Positions 1 to 7,719 of a stretch of 14,374 nt of DNA are shown here, in pieces. Location: assembly GCA_964548195.1 (NCBI GenBank), contig CAZJQC010000024.1, forward strand, positions 5,096 to 19,469, written 5' to 3'. The notes under the pieces were generated by a model. The model ran no database searches and was not told the origin of the DNA. It saw nothing but the letters and a program-made list of their open reading frames with translations. The stretch's first letter is position 1. Each line of letters begins with the position of its first letter. A program made the translations under genes and the position numbers. This DNA is from an uncultured bacterium. Lineage in GTDB: Bacteria > Macinerneyibacteriota > Macinerneyibacteria > Macinerneyibacteriales > DSCS01.

Positions 1-1026
1 CTGAAGGTCATGATCCTTACCAATTGCACTTATGACGGACTGATATATGACCTTCCCTCGATCATCTCCGTAGCGCATGACAGGGGTATAAAGGTCATTA
101 TCGATGAGGCATGGTTCGGCTATGCCAATTTCCATAATGCTTTTTATCCCTCGGCGATGGCGGCGGGAGCGGATTATGCCACGCAGTCGACGCATAAGAC
201 CATGAGCGCGTTCAGCCAGGCTTCGATGATACATGTGAATGACCCGGATTTTGACGGCATAGAGGATTTTTTTATGGAAAACTATATGCTTTACAGTTCG
301 ACGTCCCCGGGATACCCGATGATCGCCTCGCTTGATGTCGCCAGAAAACAGATGGTGATGGAAGGCTATAAACTTCTGACAAATGCCCTGGCCCTGGCCG
401 AAGATCTGAGGGATTCCGTGAACTCACTTGACCTCTTCAGGACGCTTGAGGCTGAGGATCTCATGGCGGATGAGGTCATGGAAGACGGTGTACGGCTTGA
501 CAGGACCAAGGTGACCATAGATATTTCGGGAAGCGGATACACCAATAAAAGGCTTGAGCATCTACTTTTGACTGAGTACGGCATACAGGTGGAAAAGACC
601 ACTTTCAATACGCTGACATTGCTCATCACCATAGGCACTACCAGGTCCAAGATAAACAGGATGTTCCTCGCTCTTGAGGCGCTTTCCAAAAGAAAGGGCG
701 GTGCCGGCACACTCAGGCCCGTGCAGCCTCTGAAGATGGTGCTGTCTGAGATGAAATATCTGCCGCGGCATGCCTTTTATTGTGACGGCGAAGATATAGC
801 CATTCAGAACGGAGCGGGCAGAATAGCCGCGGGCATGATCGTCCCCTATCCCCCGGGCATACCCATACTGGTCCCGGGACAGGAAGTGACCGGCGACATA
901 GTAGCCTATCTGACGGCATTGTATGAAAAGAATGTCGAGATACATGGCATGCATGACGGTTATATAAAGGTGCTTTCGCCGGCTGAGGAAATCGAACTGA
1001 AGGAAAACGGATACGCAATAGACTGA
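1..1026 (+). CDS. Orn/Lys/Arg decarboxylase (PLP-dependent, fold type I), 5'-truncated by the window edge
   Basis: The frame is open from base 1 (CTG AAG GTC ATG...), so the true start lies upstream. Family motifs are present: TNCTYDG, IDEAWFGY, the PLP-lysine motif TQSTHK (AAG at 196-198), SSTSPGYPMIASLD, and the C-terminal domain motif GRIAAGMIVPYPPGIPILVPG. Substrate specificity cannot be read from the sequence. Confidence 0.93.
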   Translation: MKVMILTNCTYDGLIYDLPSIISVAHDRGIKVIIDEAWFGYANFHNAFYPSAMAAGADYATQSTHKTMSAFSQASMIHVNDPDFDGIEDFFMENYMLYSSTSPGYPMIASLDVARKQMVMEGYKLLTNALALAEDLRDSVNSLDLFRTLEAEDLMADEVMEDGVRLDRTKVTIDISGSGYTNKRLEHLLLTEYGIQVEKTTFNTLTLLITIGTTRSKINRMFLALEALSKRKGGAGTLRPVQPLKMVLSEMKYLPRHAFYCDGEDIAIQNGAGRIAAGMIVPYPPGIPILVPGQEVTGDIVAYLTALYEKNVEIHGMHDGYIKVLSPAEEIELKENGYAID

Positions 1027-1045
1027 TTCGGCGGAGGTCGGTTCC

Positions 1046-2509
1046 TTGATCACAAAACTACTTGTCTCTTTAATTCCCACGGCGGTCACTATAATAGTTG
1101 CATACGGCACCAGAAAGGTGTGGCTTGCCCTGCTGCTCGGGGTCTTTTCGGGCGCGCTGGCTTTCAACGGCATTGGGACCGATGCGGCGGCCGGGTTCGG
1201 AAATTATTTGGCGGGCGCTTTTGCCGACACGGAGCGACTTAAGATAACATTTTTTGTCATGATGGTGTCCGGGATGCTTGCCGTTATATCCGAGACCGGA
1301 GCAAATCTTAAATTCGGCCAGAGTGTGGGCGGAGCCTTGCCGAATGGCCGGGCGGCCAGGTTTACAGCAGTCGGCCTGAGTTCCCTTCTGTTTTTTGATG
1401 ACTATGCCAATGTGCTTATAGCAGGAGCCTCAATGAGGCCCGTGACGGACAGGCATGGCGTCTCTCCCGCGAAACTTGCCTATTTCATAGATGTGCTTGC
1501 GGCATTGGCCTCTTTGATGCTCGTGTCAACCTGGGCCGCTTTCGAAGTGTCCCTGATAGGAGGCGCTCTTAAGAATGCCGGCATGGAGCTGAACCCCGTA
1601 AAGACATTTATTTCCGCCATACCTTTTCATATATTTACCTATTTTAATATATTTCTTGTATTTCTTGTGGCGTATAACGGAAGATGGTTTGCCGGCAGGA
1701 GAGAGCGGGCCGCTTTGAAAGTGGTGCAAAAGTCAGATCCGGGCAAAAGCGCCAGAAGAAGGGATATGGTGGTGCCTATACTGACGCTTCTGACGGTCAG
1801 CATGGCGGGCATATTGATCTCCGGCCGCATTGCCGCGGGCGCTTCGGGGAAATATTCCATTATGGATATACTGGGAAACGCTTCCACCATAGACGCCCTG
1901 AACTGGGGCGTTATCTCGGGAGCCGCAGTGATGATTTTTATGATACTCAAAGACAATGTGCTCGGTCCTGCCCGTCTTGCGGAAGTGTTTTTCAAAGGGG
2001 TGCGCGCGATGATACCCACCGGAGCAGTCATCATACTCGCCAAGGGGCTTGAATTTTGCGCGCGTGACCTTAAGACCGGCTATCATCTGGCCGGACTTTT
2101 TCAGAATACCCTTCCGCCGTCTTATATTCCGGCGCTTATATTTGTAATAGCTGCCGCGGTGACGGTGGCGAGCGGTTTTTCATGGAGTTCCATGGCTTTG
2201 ATCATGCCGATTGCAGTGCAGATGACCTCGCCCGAGCCCGGACTGGTGACCAGGGCGGCAGCTGCGACTATATCAGGCGCCATATGCGGTGCTCAACTGA
2301 TACCGTATTCGGATAAGACGGTCATGTCCGCGGCGGCCTGCGGGATAGAACCACTGTATCACACGAGAACGCAGAGCCGTCAGATCGGGGCGGCGGCGGC
2401 CCTGGCGTTTTTCGGATATCTTCTGCTCGGAGCGGGCCTTCCTGTATACGCGGTGCTTGCGGGAGGTTTTATCATGCTCGCTGCGGCCCATTTTTTATTT
2501 TCCCGCTGA
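1046..2509 (+). CDS. NhaC-family (IT superfamily) Na+/H+ antiporter-like or amino acid transporter, divergent
   Basis: 487-aa protein with many hydrophobic segments and the motifs FFDDYAN, KLAYFID, STWAAFE, SGFSWSSM and PYSDKT, typical of this NhaC-related family. TTG start with GGAGG at 1033-1037; begins 19 nt after the decarboxylase stop. Confidence 0.82.
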   Translation: MITKLLVSLIPTAVTIIVAYGTRKVWLALLLGVFSGALAFNGIGTDAAAGFGNYLAGAFADTERLKITFFVMMVSGMLAVISETGANLKFGQSVGGALPNGRAARFTAVGLSSLLFFDDYANVLIAGASMRPVTDRHGVSPAKLAYFIDVLAALASLMLVSTWAAFEVSLIGGALKNAGMELNPVKTFISAIPFHIFTYFNIFLVFLVAYNGRWFAGRRERAALKVVQKSDPGKSARRRDMVVPILTLLTVSMAGILISGRIAAGASGKYSIMDILGNASTIDALNWGVISGAAVMIFMILKDNVLGPARLAEVFFKGVRAMIPTGAVIILAKGLEFCARDLKTGYHLAGLFQNTLPPSYIPALIFVIAAAVTVASGFSWSSMALIMPIAVQMTSPEPGLVTRAAAATISGAICGAQLIPYSDKTVMSAAACGIEPLYHTRTQSRQIGAAAALAFFGYLLLGAGLPVYAVLAGGFIMLAAAHFLFSR

Positions 2510-2565
2510 TAAATCGAAATCTGTCGATATCGTGACAGAAATAACGGTTTGACTCCCCTTTTTTG

Positions 2566-2594
2566 TTGACAACTATTTCTATGTGTTCTATGGT
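2566..2594 (+). promoter_or_regulatory. Putative sigma70/sigmaA promoter for the ATPase-oxidoreductase operon
   Basis: Perfect -35 TTGACA (2566-2571), 17-bp spacer, -10 TATGGT (2589-2594). Lies upstream of the RBS AAGGGGG (2603-2609) and ATG 2616. Confidence 0.6.
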
Positions 2595-2615
2595 AACCGG
2601 GTAAGGGGGTCACCT

Positions 2616-3344
2616 ATGAGCAAGCGTATCTTCATTTTTTCCGGGTATTACGGCAGCGGGAAAACGGAGGTCGCCACGAACTTTTCGCTGAATATGCGTA
2701 AGTCTTTTGAACATGTTGCCATTGCTGACATGGATGTGGTCAACCCCTATTTCAGAAGCCGGGACAAGGAAGAGTTATTCAATTCAAACGGGGTCAGGCT
2801 GATCGCGCCCCCGGGACGTATTAATGCCGCGGATCTGCCCACGCTGACCGCCGAAATAGGCGGGATGATAGACAATCTTGATTACAAACTCATACTTGAC
2901 ATGGGCGGCGATGATGTGGGGACTATACCGCTGGGCAGTGTAAAAAACCGTATTGTCTCACGCGGCGACTACGAGGTCTTCATCGTCGCGAATATCAACC
3001 GTCCTTTTACAAAGAATGCGGCCGGCATCATAGAGATGGCCGATATGATCAGCGAGATGAGCGGGCTCAAGCCCGCATCTATAATATCCAATACCCATCT
3101 GAAACAGTTTACTGACATGGATATGATCATGCGGGGCGCCGAGGCCTGCGCCGAGGCGGCAAGCAAAACGGATCTGGACTTCAGGTTCGCCACTATCCCT
3201 GAATTTTTATATGACGATAAAAAAGCGGCCGTCCTGGCCGGAAGATATGATGTTGACGTCATTAGATTAGGTCTGTTTTACCATACTCCCTGGGAAGACG
3301 ATGATAGACTTATCGGGAGTAACAAAGTAGGAGGTGTTATCTGA
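2616..3344 (+). CDS. Uncharacterised P-loop ATP-binding protein (MinD/ParA/CobQ-like nucleotide-binding fold) associated with 2-oxoacid oxidoreductase operons
   Basis: Walker A-like SGYYGSGKTE near the N-terminus, plus IADMDVVNPYFRSR and ILDMGGDDVG. ATG 2616 is preferred over the ORF-track GTG 2583 because it has an RBS and because 2583 falls inside the predicted promoter. Confidence 0.8.
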   Translation: MSKRIFIFSGYYGSGKTEVATNFSLNMRKSFEHVAIADMDVVNPYFRSRDKEELFNSNGVRLIAPPGRINAADLPTLTAEIGGMIDNLDYKLILDMGGDDVGTIPLGSVKNRIVSRGDYEVFIVANINRPFTKNAAGIIEMADMISEMSGLKPASIISNTHLKQFTDMDMIMRGAEACAEAASKTDLDFRFATIPEFLYDDKKAAVLAGRYDVDVIRLGLFYHTPWEDDDRLIGSNKVGGVI

Positions 3345-3560
3345 ATGCCTAAGGGAAAAGTTGTTATCAACAAGGAAAAATGCAAGGGATGTGAGTTGTG
3401 CATACAGGCATGTCCCAAAAAAGTATTGGGTTTGTCGGAGGATTTTAATACCAAGGGCTATCGTTATTCGACCCCGCTTAATCCGGCCGAGTGCATAGGA
3501 TGCGGTTTTTGTGCGATGATGTGCCCGGACGTGGCCATTGAAGTCTACAGAGAGGACTAG
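3345..3560 (+). CDS. 2[4Fe-4S] ferredoxin-like delta subunit of 2-oxoacid:ferredoxin oxidoreductase
   Basis: Two CxxCxxCxxxCP motifs (CKGCELCIQACP, CIGCGFCAMMCP); strong RBS AGGAGGTG at 3329-3336; adjacent to the alpha, beta and gamma genes. Confidence 0.93.
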   Translation: MPKGKVVINKEKCKGCELCIQACPKKVLGLSEDFNTKGYRYSTPLNPAECIGCGFCAMMCPDVAIEVYRED

Positions 3561-3569
3561 GAGGATATT

Positions 3570-4622
3570 ATGGGTGAAAAAGTATTGATGAAAGGAAATG
3601 AAGCTCTCGGCGAGGCTGCCATAATAGCCGGCTGCGATGCGTATTTCGGATATCCGATCACTCCGCAGAACGAACTCACCGCTTACATGTCAAGAAGGAT
3701 GCATGAAGAGGGACGGGTCTTTCTGCAGTCGGAAAGCGAACTTGCAGCCGTAAACATGGTCTTTGGCGCCGCCGGCTCCGGAAAAAGGTCCATGACATCC
3801 TCCTCCTCACCGGGAATCAGCCTGAAGCAGGAGGGCATATCATATCTTGCCGGTGCCATGCTGCCTGCGGTCATAGTGAACGTGATGCGCGGAGGCCCCG
3901 GCCTTGGAAACATATCACCGGCGCAAGGCGATTATTATCAGTCCACCAGAGGCGGCGGAAACGGCGATTACAGACTCATAGTGTTTGCTCCGAACTCCGT
4001 ACAGGAAATGGCCGACGATGTCATGGACGCTTTTGACCTGGCGGACAAATACAGGGTGCCGACGATGGTCATGGCAGACGGCATGCTGGGTCAGATGATG
4101 GAGCCGGTTGAGTTCAAAAAACCCGCTGACAGGTCATCTTTGCCTTCCAAAGAGTGGGCTCTGACCGGTGCAAAGGGCCGCGAGAAGAATGTGGTCCGTT
4201 CCCTTATGCTTGGCGGAACGGGATTATTCGAGCATAACGAGGAATTGAGAAAAATATATGCGGAGATTGAAAAGAACGAGATCAGATATACCGAGATGGA
4301 GACTGAGGACGCAGATATCATACTCGTATCTTACGGGTCAGCTTCAAGGGCCTGTATAGGAGCCGTCAGACATCTCAGGGCAGAAGGCAAAAAAGTCGGT
4401 TTGTTCAGACCCCGCGTGATATGGCCCTATCCCTACGCTGAGATCGGCAAGCTTGCCGGGAAAGCCAAAAAATTCCTTACAATAGAGATGAATCTCGGCC
4501 AGATGATCGATGACGTCAAGATAGGCGTCGCCGGCAAGGCGGATGTGGAGTTCTTCGGGTATGCCGGAGGCTGGATCCCCACTGTCAAGGAAGTCGTGGA
4601 CCGTGTAAATAAAATGATATGA
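3570..4622 (+). CDS. vorB: 2-oxoacid:ferredoxin oxidoreductase alpha subunit (VorB-like, 3-methyl-2-oxobutanoate dehydrogenase type)
   Basis: Motifs MKGNEA, FGYPITPQNE, QSESELAA, TSSSSPGISLKQE, RGGPGLGNI and EMNLGQM; RBS GGAGG at 3560-3564. Branched-chain specificity is inferred from family resemblance only. Confidence 0.88.
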   Translation: MGEKVLMKGNEALGEAAIIAGCDAYFGYPITPQNELTAYMSRRMHEEGRVFLQSESELAAVNMVFGAAGSGKRSMTSSSSPGISLKQEGISYLAGAMLPAVIVNVMRGGPGLGNISPAQGDYYQSTRGGGNGDYRLIVFAPNSVQEMADDVMDAFDLADKYRVPTMVMADGMLGQMMEPVEFKKPADRSSLPSKEWALTGAKGREKNVVRSLMLGGTGLFEHNEELRKIYAEIEKNEIRYTEMETEDADIILVSYGSASRACIGAVRHLRAEGKKVGLFRPRVIWPYPYAEIGKLAGKAKKFLTIEMNLGQMIDDVKIGVAGKADVEFFGYAGGWIPTVKEVVDRVNKMI

Positions 4623-4638
4623 GGAAGGGTGTTGATAT

Positions 4639-5382
4639 ATGAAAACTGTATATAAAAAACCGGAATCGATGACTTCGGCCACGACAATATACTGTCCGGG
4701 CTGCCATCACGGCATTGCTCACAGGCTTGTGGCTGAGGTTATAGACGAACTCGGTATCAGGGAAAATACTATAGGCATTGCTCCCGTGGGCTGTGCCGCG
4801 CTGGCGTATGATTATTTTAACGTTGATTTTTCAGAGACACCCCATGGAAGGGCTCCCGCAGTGGCTACAGGCATCAAGCTGACTCAGCCCGACAAGATCG
4901 TCTTTACCTATCAGGGTGACGGCGACCTCGCATCCATAGGCGCCGCGGAAATACTGCACCTTGCGAACAGAGGGTTTAACATCACCACTATATTTATAAA
5001 CAACGCCATTTACGGCATGACCGGCGGGCAGATGGCTCCGACCACGCTGATAGGGCAGAAGACCACCACAAGCTCAGGGGGGCGTGATGCGAAACTGCAC
5101 GGCTTCCCGATGAAAGTCTCTGAAATACTCTCGAATACCGCAGGTGTGGCATATATTGCCAGGGGCGCGGTGTACGACCCCAAACATGTGATGGAGACCA
5201 AAAAAATGATAAAAAAGGCGTTCCAGAACCAAATCGACGGAAAGGGTTTTTCCATGGTCGAGGTTCTTTCCACATGCCCCACCAACTGGGGACTTTCTCC
5301 TCTTGACGCGGTAGACTGGTTGAAAGATAACATGGAACCGTACTATCCTCTTGGTGTCAAGAAAGACATAGACGCAGAGTAA
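4639..5382 (+). CDS. 2-oxoacid:ferredoxin oxidoreductase beta subunit (TPP-binding)
   Basis: YCPGC cluster ligands, PVGC, HGRAPAVATG, the TPP motif QGDGD...INNAIYGMTGGQ, and STCP. Confidence 0.93.
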   Translation: MKTVYKKPESMTSATTIYCPGCHHGIAHRLVAEVIDELGIRENTIGIAPVGCAALAYDYFNVDFSETPHGRAPAVATGIKLTQPDKIVFTYQGDGDLASIGAAEILHLANRGFNITTIFINNAIYGMTGGQMAPTTLIGQKTTTSSGGRDAKLHGFPMKVSEILSNTAGVAYIARGAVYDPKHVMETKKMIKKAFQNQIDGKGFSMVEVLSTCPTNWGLSPLDAVDWLKDNMEPYYPLGVKKDIDAE

Positions 5383-5400
5383 CGGGAAAGGGGAAGAATA

Positions 5401-5934
5401 ATGGAACATAAAATAGTCATGGCCGGATTCGGCGGCCAGGGAATAATGGTAATGGGCAGGCTGCTGACGTATGCCGCCATGGCCGAAGGCAAAAACGTAT
5501 CCTGGATCCCGTCTTACGGGGTGGAACAGCGGGGCGGCACTGCCAACTGCAGCGTTGTCATCGCGGATGAGATCATAGCCGCGCCTATTGTCTCCGAACC
5601 GGAGTATGCCATAATCATGAACAGGCCTTCGCTGGACAAGTTCGAACCCAAAATGATCGCAGGCGGCAGCATGATAGTGAACACATCGAGCATCGACAGG
5701 GACACGGAACGGACAGATGTCACTGTGCTCGGCCTTAAATGCAATGATATCGCAGTGGAGCTGGGCGACCTTAGATTTGCGAACATGGTGGCTCTTGGCG
5801 CATTCTGCAAGATGACAGGCGTTGTAAAGCTTGAGACGCTTAAGGAATCACTCAAAAAAGTATTATCCGCGAGACGTCAAAACCTCGTGGCAGTAAATCA
5901 GAAAGCCCTTGAAAAAGGATACAGCATGGTATAA
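5401..5934 (+). CDS. 2-oxoacid:ferredoxin oxidoreductase gamma subunit
   Basis: Motifs AGFGGQG, PSYGVEQRGG and ANMVALGA, and a C-terminal N..AL.KG; purine-rich RBS region upstream. Confidence 0.92.
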   Translation: MEHKIVMAGFGGQGIMVMGRLLTYAAMAEGKNVSWIPSYGVEQRGGTANCSVVIADEIIAAPIVSEPEYAIIMNRPSLDKFEPKMIAGGSMIVNTSSIDRDTERTDVTVLGLKCNDIAVELGDLRFANMVALGAFCKMTGVVKLETLKESLKKVLSARRQNLVAVNQKALEKGYSMV

Positions 5935-5941
5935 AATAAAA

Positions 5942-5967
5942 CGGGGAGAGGCATTTTCCTCTCCCCG
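5942..5967. terminator. GC-rich stem-loop between the oxidoreductase operon and pilB (terminator, attenuator or mRNA-stabilising hairpin)
   Basis: Perfect 10-bp stem CGGGGAGAGG (5942-5951) / CCTCTCCCCG (5958-5967) with a 6-nt loop. An A-rich tract lies on the 5' side (a U-tract for the - strand). There is no immediate U-tract on the + strand. Confidence 0.6.
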
Positions 5968-5995
5968 GACCATTTGCCTTTTTTAAAGGGGGACT

Positions 5996-7702
5996 ATGTC
6001 AAAAATCGGCTCCATGCTCCGTAATGTAGGGCTTATAGACGATGCCCAGCTTCAGCGTGCTCTGGAAGAGCAGAAACGTACCCGCGAGACCATCGGGACA
6101 ATACTCGTCAAACTGGGTTTCGTCAGCGAGACCGATCTGACCAATACATTGGGCAAACAGCTTGGCGTGGCTTCCGTCGACCTGTCACATTTTGAAATTG
6201 ACAATAATGTGCTTAAGATCATCTCCGAGGAAATAGCGAGGAAATACAAAGTCATACCCCTGCACAGGATGGGGTATACGATAACCCTTGCCATGGCAAA
6301 TCCCACAAATGTGATGGCCATAGACGACATCAAGTTCAGGACAGGATTCAACATAGAACCCGTAGTGGCCGCAGAGACCTCCATAATGAAATCCATTGAA
6401 AAATATTATGGCGCCGAAAACGTGCAGATGGAGGACTTGTCGGATTCATTTGACGAGAGCATGGATCTGTCCGAATTCGAAGTGATAGAGGATAGCGACG
6501 ATGTAAGTGAAGCGGAGCTGCTCAGCCAGGTGGAGGATGAACCGGTAGTCAAACTGGTACAGCAGCTTATAGCCAAAGCGGTAATGGACAAGGCCAGTGA
6601 TATACATATCGAACCCTATGAAAAAAGCGTGCGTGTGAGGTTCAGGGTCGACGGCACGTTGCAGACCGTGCTTGAACCGCCAAAAAAACTTCAAAATGCC
6701 ATCACCTCCAGAATAAAGATATTGTCGAAACTGGACATAGCCGAACGAAGGCTTCCGCAGGACGGCAGATGTAAATTCAAAGTCTCAAAAAGCAAAGTCG
6801 TCGACCTGCGTGTTTCCACGCTTCCCACCGTATACGGCGAAAAAGTCGTTATGCGTATATTGGACAAGGAAAACCTTCGACTTGACCTGACCAAACTCGG
6901 GTTTGAAAAGGATGATGAAGGCAAGTTCCAGAAAGCCATAGAATCGCCTTACGGCATGGTGCTTGTCACCGGGCCTACCGGTTCGGGTAAGACGACGACG
7001 CTGTACTCTGCTTTAAGCAGCCTCAATGCCGTGGATGTGAATATAATGACGGCGGAAGACCCGGTGGAGTTCAACCTGAAGGGCATCAATCAGGTGAACG
7101 TACATGCAGAAATAGGCCTGACATTCGCTTCGGCGCTGCGGTCTTTTCTGCGTCAGGACCCGGATATAGTGCTTGTGGGAGAGATCAGGGATTTTGAGAC
7201 GGCAGAGATCGCGATCAAGGCTGCCCTGACAGGCCATCTTGTACTGAGCACTCTTCATACGAATGATGCGTCCTCCACCATCAACAGGATGATAAACATG
7301 GGTGTCGAGCCTTTTTTGATAGCGTCTTCCGTTGTGTTGATATTGGCCCAGAGGCTTATGAAGACCCTTTGTTCGTCATGCAAGGAGCAATACCGCCCTT
7401 CTGACGCGGAACTTGCAAGTCTGGGCATTTCCAGGGAAGAAGCCGCTTCGACGACTTTTTACAAGAAGAAGGGGTGCCAGACCTGTAACAATACCGGCTA
7501 CAAAGGCAGGGTGGCCATATACGAAGTCATGCCTGTTTCCGAGAACATAAGAAAAGTAATACTTGAACGCGGATCCGTACTCGATATCAAGGAAGTCTCA
7601 AGGAGGGAAGGATTGCGCACATTGCGTGAAAGTGCTGTTCTTAAATTCAAACAGGGTATCACCGGTTACGAAGAGATCATAAGAACGACATTTGAAGATT
7701 AA
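5996..7702 (+). CDS. pilB: Type IV pilus assembly ATPase PilB (GspE/PulE family) with N-terminal MshEN-like motifs
   Basis: ASDIHIEP, LDIAERRLPQDGR, Walker A GPTGSGKT, AEDPVE, Walker B LRQDPDIVLVGE, His box TGHLVLSTLHTN, and the tetracysteine Zn site CSSC...CQTC; followed by pilT and pilC. Confidence 0.95.
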   Translation: MSKIGSMLRNVGLIDDAQLQRALEEQKRTRETIGTILVKLGFVSETDLTNTLGKQLGVASVDLSHFEIDNNVLKIISEEIARKYKVIPLHRMGYTITLAMANPTNVMAIDDIKFRTGFNIEPVVAAETSIMKSIEKYYGAENVQMEDLSDSFDESMDLSEFEVIEDSDDVSEAELLSQVEDEPVVKLVQQLIAKAVMDKASDIHIEPYEKSVRVRFRVDGTLQTVLEPPKKLQNAITSRIKILSKLDIAERRLPQDGRCKFKVSKSKVVDLRVSTLPTVYGEKVVMRILDKENLRLDLTKLGFEKDDEGKFQKAIESPYGMVLVTGPTGSGKTTTLYSALSSLNAVDVNIMTAEDPVEFNLKGINQVNVHAEIGLTFASALRSFLRQDPDIVLVGEIRDFETAEIAIKAALTGHLVLSTLHTNDASSTINRMINMGVEPFLIASSVVLILAQRLMKTLCSSCKEQYRPSDAELASLGISREEAASTTFYKKKGCQTCNNTGYKGRVAIYEVMPVSENIRKVILERGSVLDIKEVSRREGLRTLRESAVLKFKQGITGYEEIIRTTFED

Positions 7703-7719
7703 TAATCGGGAGGAGAATT

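Noticed and set aside
2583..2615. Upstream GTG start for the ATPase given in the ORF track
   Set aside because: It has no RBS and lies inside the predicted promoter. ATG 2616 has an RBS and places the Walker A motif at the usual N-terminal position.
3342..3380. Selenocysteine read-through of the in-frame TGA between the ATPase and the ferredoxin, or a recoded genetic code
   Set aside because: Only a weak AT-rich hairpin follows, not a convincing SECIS. The position is not a catalytic Cys equivalent, the ferredoxin has its own strong RBS, and TGA and TAG end other genes here at family-typical lengths.
6420..6545. Highly acidic low-complexity stretch in PilB
   Set aside because: An acidic linker between the N-terminal domains is a normal feature of PilB/GspE proteins.
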